A stretch of DNA of 64,000 nucleotides from Nymphaea colorata (lineage: Eukaryota): NCBI RefSeq assembly GCF_008831285.2, contig NC_045138.2, positions 27,032,001-27,096,000 of the forward strand, in the 5' to 3' direction. The position numbers and the translations under genes were made by a program. The notes below the pieces were generated by a model, which did not search any database, was not told the DNA's origin, and saw nothing but the letters and a program-made list of their open reading frames with translations. Positions within the stretch are counted from its first letter, which is position 1. The number at the start of each line of letters is the position of its first letter. Below, piece after piece: positions 26,386 through 36,170 of this stretch.

Positions 26386-27231
26386 TTATATGTTCTTTTT
26401 GCAAACCATCAATCTCAGGATCGTTTCAAGATCAAAAGATCCATTTGGTGTAAAGGTTATCACGTCAATCAGAACTATAGCAATCGGTCTGCACAAATGG
26501 CCAAGAACAAAGACGAACGTATAATGCCGAAACAATAGTGGGCTCTGTGAAGATTTAAACCCGCGTTTGTCTTGCTCTTTGGGATCCACAGGCGGCCGGC
26601 TGTCTGCATCGAGCATGTTGGCGAGCAACTTGAAATCATTATCTTCAGTTTCAGCACCGGCAGCCAAAGCTGGTGGCTGTGGTGGCGGAGCGGAACTGGA
26701 CCACTCGTCGCCAATGTGCAGCGGACGGTACCATGCTGATCCATCAACGAAGCTCATGGGTCGGTTTGGTCCAGAAGCTCCAGAATCCACGTTCCCGTGC
26801 AGCAGAGCCGAGGGCATGCCATGGACTGGGTTCGACCAGAAGGAGCGGATTGGAAGGCCGAGGTGGGTAGCCGCTGGATTGCCGTGAAGGGTCTGTAGCC
26901 GCTGTTTGACGTCATGGAGGCGAGCAAGAGTCACCTCCAGCTCTGCCGTGGTCCAGAGGATCTGCTTTTTTAAGTCCAAGATAACTCCCAAGCAACCCCT
27001 AACAGGATCTTTGGCCCTCCTCTCAGCCTCCCAGATGATCGACCTCATGGCATCATCTCTGTGTTCCGGTTCAAGATTCTTGATGATCTTGAGGACATTG
27101 GCGACGCCAAAGTGTCTGTTTACATTTTGAAAATCAGCCGGCCGATTGGGTGGGAAGTAGGGTGCCATTGGGCAGTCAGCTTTGCACCGTGACCTTCGGT
27201 ACGAGCAAGACGCACAGGCTTGCCTCTTCAT
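26386..27231 (-). CDS. LOB-domain transcription factor (LBD22/27-like), left palindrome arm, open frame
   Basis: CASCSYRRSRCKADC, APYFP, FGVANV, RAKDPVRGCLG and zipper motifs in a 281-aa ORF. The true 3' end is uncertain. Confidence 0.85.
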   Translation of the reverse strand: MKRQACASCSYRRSRCKADCPMAPYFPPNRPADFQNVNRHFGVANVLKIIKNLEPEHRDDAMRSIIWEAERRAKDPVRGCLGVILDLKKQILWTTAELEVTLARLHDVKQRLQTLHGNPAATHLGLPIRSFWSNPVHGMPSALLHGNVDSGASGPNRPMSFVDGSAWYRPLHIGDEWSSSAPPPQPPALAAGAETEDNDFKLLANMLDADSRPPVDPKEQDKRGFKSSQSPLLFRHYTFVFVLGHLCRPIAIVLIDVITFTPNGSFDLETILRLMVCKKNI

Positions 27232-27357
27232 GCTTACCCAAAACTTTAGCGAGAAATGGGGAGGGAGTCGAGGTACAAAGATGACTAAGAGCCTATTTGT
27301 CTAGGTCCGGCACCAACGCCTGTAGCTGCAGAGATTCAGTTGGGCGGCGCCAGGATC

Positions 27358-27420
27358 TATATATCTCTGTATCATGACCTTGCATGGTTGGGCGGCTGCC
27401 ATGATACGGAGATATATATA
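27358..27420. promoter_or_regulatory. Mirror-image TATA-like boxes flanking the palindrome centre
   Basis: TATATA runs at ~27358-27364 and ~27413-27420, each about 125-130 bp upstream of its LBD ATG. Confidence 0.55.
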
Positions 27421-27543
27421 CCCGGCGCCGCCCAACTGAATCTCTGCAGCTACAGGCGTTGGTGCCGGACCTAGACAAATAGGCTCTTAGTCATCTTTGT
27501 ACCTCGACTCCCTCCCCATTTCTCGCTAAAGTTTTGGGTAAGC

Positions 27544-28274
27544 ATGAAGAGGCAAACCTGTGCGTCGTGCTCGTACCGAAGGTCACGGTGCAAAGCTGAC
27601 TGCCCAATGGCACCCTACTTCCCACCCAATCGGCCGGCTGATTTTCAAAATGTAAACAGACACTTTGGCGTCGCCAATGTCCTCAAGATCATCAAGAATC
27701 TTGAACCGGAACACAGAGATGATGCCATGAGGTCGATCATCTGGGAGGCTGAGAGGAGGGCCAAAGATCCTGTTAGGGTTGCTTGGGAGTTATCTTGGAC
27801 TTAAAAAAGCAGATCATCTGGACCACGGCAGAGCTGGAGGTGACTCTTGCTAGCCTGCATGACGTCAAACAGCGGCTACAGACCCTTCACGGCAATCCAG
27901 CGGCTACCCACCTCGGCCTTCCAATCCGCTCCTTCTGGTCGAACCCAGTCCATGGCATGCCCTCGGCTCTGCTGCACGGGAACGTGGATTCTGGAGCTTC
28001 TGGACCAAACCGACCCATGAGCTTCGTTGATGGATCAGCATGGTACCGTCCGCTGCACATTGGCGACGAGTGGTCCAGTTCCGCTCCGCCACCACAGCCA
28101 CCAGCTTTGGCTGCCGGTGCTGAAACTGAAGATAATGATTTCAAGTTGCTCGCCAACATGCTCGATGCAGACAGACGGCCGCCTGTGGATCCCCAAGAGC
28201 AAGACAAACGCAGGTTTAAATCTTCACAGTGTTCTTGGCCATTTGAGCAGACCGATTGCTATAGTTCTGATTGA
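27544..28274 (+). pseudogene. LOB-domain gene copy, right arm, with 1-nt frameshift at ~27776-27778
   Basis: Nearly identical to the left copy, but has GGG where the left copy has GGGG (DPVRG). This splits it into ORFs 27544-27804 and 27783-28274. A homopolymer sequencing error is possible. Confidence 0.75.
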
Positions 28275-29558
28275 CGCGATAACCTTTACACCAAATGGAT
28301 CTTTTGATCTTGAAACGATCCTGAACGAGATTGATGGTTTGCAAAAAGAACATATAACACCAAGAATCCTTGCAATTTTCACTTGGTCTTGTTTTGATTA
28401 AACTGACCATGACTTATGCTTTGTTGGTGACGTTGCTTTTGATCTTACAGCATGCAGGTACCAACGAGCGATTTTGCAGACAGGAAAGGAAAAGGATCCG
28501 CCAAGCCATGATCCTTGAACCAACCCGGCCAAGTTACACGTGTACAGAAAAGAAAGAAGAGGCTAAGGTGCCATTCATCATTCTTGGGTGGAATTAATGC
28601 ATATCAGATATTAGTGGAGAGCATTTTATGGTAACCTAACATACATTCGTGACAGAGAGAGCATGTATTACTGAAGATTTTTTGTGTATTAGAGAAAGCA
28701 CCATAAAGCAGTTGGCTGGCTTCAGTTTTCAAAATGATCATTGGACCTTTTCTCTTTCCATCGTTCTTAATCGACTGTATCCTATATGATGAAGTTAGGG
28801 TAGAGCAAGTGATATCATGTAATGTAATTAGTTCTTCCACAGCGCCTGCAGCTCCATGGCGGTCCGCATGCCAGCCTTGGTGGCGGTCTGCGCATCCTCC
28901 TATGCGCACACCAACCATCGGAGGAAGAAAGAATGAAAACCAAGAAGATAGCTCGCAGGTAACCAAGTTTAGATGTGATGACAGGAAGCGTAAAGGTCCT
29001 CCAGTGTCTTCATTCCTGGTGCAACCCAATAAAAAGTCTAAAGCAATACTTACAAACAAGTCGACATATAATCGCTGGTGGGTTGAACGGCAACTCTACT
29101 TCAGAGAATTAATCCATCGTTGTTGTGGTAGGAGTTGCCTACAGATCAACAGCACCATGCAACGTGAGAAGAAACCGCTTTTGTGCATGAAGCCATTGGT
29201 CTTAAGAAGTTGTTCTTGTAAAATTAAATCTGCACGATGAAAAATAAAGGGAAACATACAACAATCAAATTTGCGGTCCTGTGAGAAGGTCTACGTCCAC
29301 GATGTTCCTCACCAATTTTTCACAAGAGAGAATTGTGAGAGACGGCTGCTTTTATTCAAGAAATCTCAAAGTTACAGCGGTAATTCCCATGGCTCCTGCC
29401 ATTTTACAGTGATTATCATGATAAGCATTTGCCATTTTAATTTTTCTCTCTTGATCTTATCGTGATCCCCATCAAGAGCAACATTATTTCGCATACAGTT
29501 CGAAGTTAATTTCCTTATCTCAAGAGCTTGGCGCTAAACATTCTTGCCAGCTTTCTCT

Positions 29559-29593
<35 letters not shown>

Positions 29594-29982
29594 TGTTAAG
29601 ATCACCATTAGCAACGACTTGCCTTTGACCCCCATTATCTTTCTCTGTATCTTCACAATTTCCTTTTTCTTCTCTAACAGTTCTTTCAGATGTAGATTGT
29701 AACTGTGGTAAAAGCTTGAAAAAAACTGGCCTTCAGTTTGTCGAGATAAATGACCACTGAACCTTTTTGCTTTTCCGTCTTTCCTCTAGAAGTTCAGTGT
29801 AAACCAAGTAACATCGTGCAATATTGCTCTTCTATTAGCTTCAATTCATCAATTAACAACAAACAAAATGGCGAGGGAGACAGTGACCAAAATCTTATCG
29901 AAGGGTAATTTTCTATTACATTGCCATAAAATTGAATATATCATACGATTATTGTGGATGCACGCATGCTCAGATAAACGAA

Positions 29983-32900
29983 TCAATTGATTTTCAGTAT
30001 CGACTTCATCATCTCGTAGAAGAGATAGCTAAGAGCTGCGGATGGCAAAACCTGCAACAGATGACACGGCTGTCAGTAAAACAGGAGTCGTATCACGATA
30101 ATAAGATTTTCCTTAGGAGCAATATAATACCCCCCCTCTCTTGCTCTTTTAAAATGTGCCTCTTATTTCAGTAAACGTTATGGTTTTATATGCTGATCGA
30201 CCTTTTTCGAGCATTTCATCGACACAAATGTGTGAATATAGCAAAAATATGATTGTGTACGTATATGCATAGCCCATCTTCAAGTTGATAGTGATGTTTA
30301 TAAATATCGCATGAGCGGTATATCACATTTCTTATGAAAAATATGATGCGTCAGAAAAGAAGCGCCATTCTTTAGGAAAAAAAATCATAAAGAACGATGG
30401 TGAAAAAAAAATGGAAGAAATAAAGTAATCAAGTTAACCTGCATGGTGCTAGGAACGAGGCCAGCAAACATGGATCCGAACCCATCTCTCTCAATCATTT
30501 TCCCAAATGCAGCAATCAGACCGACCTTGGCAGCAGTGTGAAGTTGAAGCTGCCTGCGGACCACTTCTAGAGGGTAGGTCACTGTTTCTGCACAAGCACC
30601 TGCAATGGCACCATAAATGAGTGTCCTTACAGGCCCCATCTCAACAAGCTCCTTCTCCAGTGCCTGTGGAGACGACCTCAGATAAGATGCTTTCAGTATG
30701 TCGTAGACGCCATAGAACACTGCACTGGCCGGCCCCATGCTAAGCAGTGCCGGAGTCAGGCCCTTATAGAGAGACAGTAACCCTTCTCTTCGAACCATAT
30801 GAACGACACACCCCACCACGCCTCCTAGAGCCTCCCCTCCCGGTGCCAAAAGCCTGGTTCTGATCTGCATCGGAGACAAAACTGTTAGATTTAGAACTTA
30901 TGAAATGGCTAAGGTTTTCAGTAATGATTTTAAGTTAATTACATGAGGAACTGAAATATGTATACTCAAACATATACTGCAGTTTATGATCATTCTGTTT
31001 ATTTCTTTGCAAAGGTAACCACATGATGCATGATGTATTCAAAACAATTTACTCTTAAATTTACACTTTCGCCGGTCGGCCTATGGTGTTAGATTGGCAA
31101 GATATTAATCAGACCTTTCATGATTTCAGTAGTATGCATATTTGGGTAATGTGCATTCCGGTTAACATATAATGTGCTACTGATTGTTTAACCTTTAGCA
31201 ATATCTGATCAGTCGAAATACTGAAAAATGAATCAGAAGCTGATAACTCAACGAATTTACATGATTACTCATCAGAGTTCATGATGCCAGTATAGCAAGA
31301 ATTTGGCAAAAATTGAAAGTAAGCATAAGAAGGTGGAAATTGGTGAAGCGAACCGTATCAAGAGGTAAGCAGAGAACTGTCGCTAGGACGCCGGAGATGC
31401 CACCGCCGATGAGCCTGTCATGGCTTGTGAGTTCCTGCTTGCCATTAACCTGGCGGAGGCGGTCGCAGTAGAGGTCGTAACAGATGAAGTTGATGGATTT
31501 GAAGGGGACCATGCGGAAGAGGTTGAGGAGATTGCCCTTCCAGAATCCCAACAACCCCTCGGAACCCCATATCCATTGGATGGTGGTGATCCATGTCAGG
31601 TGTGGCCGAACCATGCATTCCAGCTTGATTCTTTCCAATGGAGCCATGCTTGTTCTAAACACCACCATCAAATCAACCCACAATAGAATCACATTTTATT
31701 TCCTCTACGTAAGTAACAATTCAAACAGCTCAAAAAATGCAGTGTTTGTGTGCGTGTGTCCGTGCACATAGACATGGAGAGAGAGAGAGAGAAGAAGAAG
31801 AAGAAGAATAAGAAGAATAAACAATTTTTCAGTCGTCTCAATCCCACACCCGCTGTTTGAACCCAAGTACTGAATATTAAGTTGGTCCCGCAAGGTTGGT
31901 CTTATTTGGACTAGTCGGACTGAATGCAGGCTCATTTTCTGAACAAAGGATGGGACTAGTTCTTGCCGGGCCAGGCTTCAGCCCACCATCTAGACTTAGC
32001 TAGGCTCGATCCCAGGCTTAGTATTAAACCAAATTGTGCTTTGAGTATATAAGTTGCAAGGTCGGTTATCACGTTGCTTTACAAGACAATAAGACACTAA
32101 TATCAAATATAATTTCGATGGGAAATACCCAAATCGATACGCGAATATATTCACAAATAAATGAACAAGGAAACAACGAATGATGTGTGGAAATCATATA
32201 GCTAGCTAGAAATGTTGCCTAAACACTATGTTTCTTGTGATGATCATATAGTCCAGAAGGCAGATATTCTCTCCAAACTCTTGGCTGGAAATGAATGTAA
32301 AGAGACAATAGCAGCAGATAAGATGATACAGCTGTGGCAGTAAGCGCCCCACGTTTTCTCTGTTGGCCCTAGAGCCCCTTGGCTTATATGGAGTCTGCCC
32401 TCGCCAATACCAGCAAAACCAGTGGCTCAAAAACTGTTCCCGTTTGAACCATGTCTTTGCTTTCCAAATATGGTCCCAGTGGCTGACCTTCCAGCATAAG
32501 TGTGAATACCCAACTGAGAACTACCCTTTTCCTTCCTTGAACAGCTTTGGTTAGACCAGACAACCTAGATATAGGCCACAAGATGACAAGTTTGACTATG
32601 GATCCCCTTTTTCTCTGTAACATAAAACTCATTGGTTTTCATGCTCCGACTCACCAGGAAGGTCTTCCTAACCGATTTATGTTTCTGGCAGCAGGGAACT
32701 TGCACCTAAATAGCAAAGTTGCAATGTCTGTGAGCGTCGCGTAGCCAGGTGTGGAACCCCTGCGGGCCATGAAATAACATTCAACAATGATTCTTCTAGA
32801 GTTTTAGTTCTATCACCAATACTTTTGGAATGAATAAGACGCTAACGGGCCTCATGAAATGAATCGAAGCTGTTCAATAAAGAAATGGGCCCCATAAAGC

Positions 32901-33961
32901 CAATGAGAAAACCAGAATTCCTGAACTTGGTTGGTCAAACCTTTTCTATGTCAAAAGAATGTTGTCTAAGGTCTAGACTCAAGTCATTAGGAAAGAAAAA
33001 CCAGGAAAGTGAGGGTTTGTGCAGAATCTAGCTAGCTGTCCCGCAAGCTCTGTGTTGCAGCTTTATCTAGACTATCAGGTAAATTAGAAAGTTAGGTTCC
33101 AGCCAGATTGACTGCCATTGATTTGGGATCTTGAAAATGGATTAATATGGGCTGTTCCTGATTTGTTGGCTAATTGAAAAAGAACTCTTATCTGTGATGA
33201 GTGCTGTAACTCCAATTTCAGGCGTGGAATCAGGATGACAGCAGATCTAATTGTATGTAACTGACCAACAGCAGCAGCACTCAGTCTCCACCATCTATCT
33301 CAAACGTGAGATTGAGGCCGACATACCTTTCTGTCAAGAAAGATGTGCAACAGGAATTGAATATGACTTAGGAACTGATCCGATAACATGACATGATCTG
33401 TTCCCTATCCAATCTTTTACAGGAAATTCACCTTCAGATACAGAGTAAAGTTTTAAAGACTCGATTATGCAGAAAAAAGACCAACCTTGAAATAATCGTT
33501 GACACCGCACCAGCCAAAAGATACTTGTGCATTTCAGCAAAACTGTCCCTGCCGTTTGATCTGTTGCCCTCTTCATTTTTCCTCTGTACCTCTTGTTCTT
33601 CTTCTTTCTCTGCATTGACATGGGTTTGTCCTAATGCTAAGATACCTCTAGAACTTGCGGCCTGTGAGATGTTGGCGAAATTAAGACAATCCTGTGACTG
33701 AACATGCAGTCCATTGATGTTAAGAACTAGTCCTCGAAACTTCAAGGCCAACTGAGATCCTAGGCCGCACAGATGTGCTGTGACCGCCGCTAGCTCCCGA
33801 GCATGGTCCGGCTGGCTGAGAGCTGCAGAGAAGGTGGAGAAAGAGAGAGGAGAATGGAAGAAACATCTGTTTGTGTCAAAGGCACTATGGCCGTCCTTTT
33901 CTTGCTGAAGCTGTGGAAAGTACTTGCGCAGGTTGTTACAGTGTGAAGAAAATGGGTTCAT
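29983..33961 (-). CDS. Mitochondrial carrier family protein (BT1-like adenine nucleotide transporter BTL type). Exons: 33961(?)-33486, 31654-31354, 30864-30439, 30051-29983
   Basis: Three carrier repeats with PX[DE]XX[KR] signatures (APLERIK, LPLDTIR, YPLEVVR), plus KYLLAGAVST, GFWKGNLLNLFR, SLYKGLTPAL and QVLPSAALSY. Introns are in-phase GT-AG. The start codon is uncertain; the first in-frame ATG is at 33961. Confidence 0.88.
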
Positions 33962-34846
33962 CCTCTCTTCCCACACAGAGAGAGTGGGAAGAAGAATGGA
34001 GAAAGTTAAACGGTGATAGCTATAAGACGATGAATGATGGGGAGAAAAATCATTTTGTGGTGGTGGGGAAAGAGAGGGAGAGCGAGAGAGGGAGAGTTTG
34101 GCTGCTTCCTGTGATGCGTATGTGGGGTGGTCCACGTTTAATTTGCGAGGACTAGAAGCGTTGCTCTGCCATGGAGAGCCAGCATACCACCATCATGGTC
34201 ATTCTCTCAGCAACTATGCGCCGGCCATTCCATCTGTGAGATGCAGGAACATGATAGATTCTATAGGGCATCAAATCGTTTCACGTAGAACCAGATCCAA
34301 AATAAAACTAAAACCTCAAGAAACAGCATCGCCAAGAAATATCTGGTGCTGGTAGCGTCCAGCTTGACCGATGTTATAAAATGCCTAGAGCAGATGAAGT
34401 AGATTCACCCCACCTCATCAGTAAGTTGAACAAAATGAGATTTGGCTCTTGGTTAGACAGATTTATATCCGAAGTCCATATCCGGCCTGGGGATCCAATT
34501 AGTTATTTGTCCAATTAATTAGATCGACCTGCGTCTTAGAGAGCGCAGACGGGCGTCTCATGAGGAGGACCTGGACGGACGGTGGAAATGGCAAGTCAAA
34601 CAACCAGGTTCCTTCAGTGTAGGAGCCAACCATGCCGACGATAAGTCCCATAAAACACAAATCAAACATCGGAAAAGAAAGAACGGCTACATACCAGATC
34701 GATATCGGAAAGGAATGAACGATTTTAGCCGTCTTCTCCAAACCGGAACATGTGAATGTCGACAACTTTTGGTTTATCTTATTGAGAGATTACTTGGCGA
34801 TTCAAAATTAATATGTACGCATCACAATTTTTTTTTTCTTCCTGAC

Positions 34847-35025
34847 CATTACCATTGAAGTGTTCCAGGTAAACAAGAGGCTTACCCACTGCCCGGAAAA
34901 AAAAACCCCGAGGCCATCCAGTCCAGCTGCTTCTCATTACCATTGAAGTGTTTCAGGCAAACGAGAGGCCTACGACCCTCGGTCTGGAAGAAAAAACCTA
35001 AAGGCCACCCCTTCCACCTGCTTCT
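34847..35025. repeat. Diverged ~89-bp tandem duplication
   Basis: cattaccattgaagtgtt.cagg.aaac.agaggc...ctgcttct occurs twice. Confidence 0.75.
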
Positions 35026-35621
35026 GAGACACATTCTGTGTCAGCATTATCAATTGCAGCAAAACACCTTCTAACTTATTTATCACACACCGCCACTCAA
35101 AGACAACCTACAAAAATCATTCTAAAAACACGGCTCTTCAACACCCTTAACCCAACCATGTCATGTCCCTAGAAGCTTATCTTTGAGGTGTTCCACGATC
35201 ATGCATACATGTCATATTATGACAACAAAATTCGTTTGGCTGATTAATCAACCACATCTTTCGTCTAAATAAACGTAATCTGAATAAAACAGCTAGCAAC
35301 TTATACGGTGCTTGTACGCGACTCCTTTTCCGAATCCAAATGCAGGCCCATCTGAAGAAAACAGCCAGCAACATATAAGGTGCTTCGTAGACAGCTCTTG
35401 GTACTGAAAACCGACTATAGCCTCCATTAATACGTAGATTGTTTTGCAGTTGGCACACAAGTTGTAATATAAAGAGTACACGGTTTTAAAAAATAGTCGC
35501 AGATACTCAAATGTTTCATGAGACTAGTTAACATCCCGCAAGTTTCAGGCTCCTGTTAGCTTCGAACTAGAAAAATGTCATGTACACTGCTGGAGGAAAA
35601 AAAACACAACAAATTCTACGT

Positions 35622-36132
35622 TCAGCTGGGGTTTCTAAGGACGATGATCACCGAGTCCCCTCGCAGAAACATCTTACTGATGAACCTATCCTTGTTCACG
35701 GGCTGAGCCTTCTTCTTGCCTTTACCAGTCTTTGGGACCTGCACCAGTACAAAGCCAAAGGCATGAGAAAGAAAATAGAATGGGAGCCCTTTGAAGGTTT
35801 TCTAACACAAACCTCTGTCCACATCTCTCTGACATTCTCCAGAACCATATTGCAGTGCCTGTCAAAAGCACGAACACGGCCGAGAAGCTTCTTGTTGTTC
35901 CGACAGTTAATTAGAACCTAACAATAACCAAGAGAAATTATTTTCCTCTCCTAGACGACTATGCCTAAACGATTAAAAATACACACAACTAACTCTAAAG
36001 GATTAAAAATACACAATAACACTATGCAACTGACCTGCGTGTTATTCTTAACACTCATCATCAACACAGAGAGAGGACCGGTGTTAAATTCCTCCTCCTC
36101 TTTCTTCGCCTGGAATATTAAGAAACAAATGA

Positions 36133-36170
<38 letters not shown>

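Larger units (their letters stand above)
25293..30129. repeat. Large near-perfect palindrome: left arm ~25293-27376, spacer 27377-27399, right arm 27400-~30129 (28684-29412 present only in the right arm)
   Basis: Arms are reverse complements. 27232-27351 and 27424-27543 are identical, and the ORF track shows mirrored ORFs on opposite strands (e.g. 26146-26373 - vs 28370-28597 +). Confidence 0.97.

Noticed and set aside
28604..29240. 151-aa and 168-aa ORFs in the right-arm-only segment
   Set aside because: No recognisable domain. This could hold a downstream LBD exon or UTR, but that cannot be supported from sequence alone.
25293..30129. Palindrome as a pure sequencing or assembly fold-back artefact
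   Set aside because: The arms differ by many substitutions, multi-base indels and a filler-sealed 729-bp deletion, which a read chimera would not produce. Read-level confirmation is still advisable.
34756..34766. ZDRE-like ATGTCGACAA upstream of the carrier
   Set aside because: Single imperfect match with no supporting zinc-related context.
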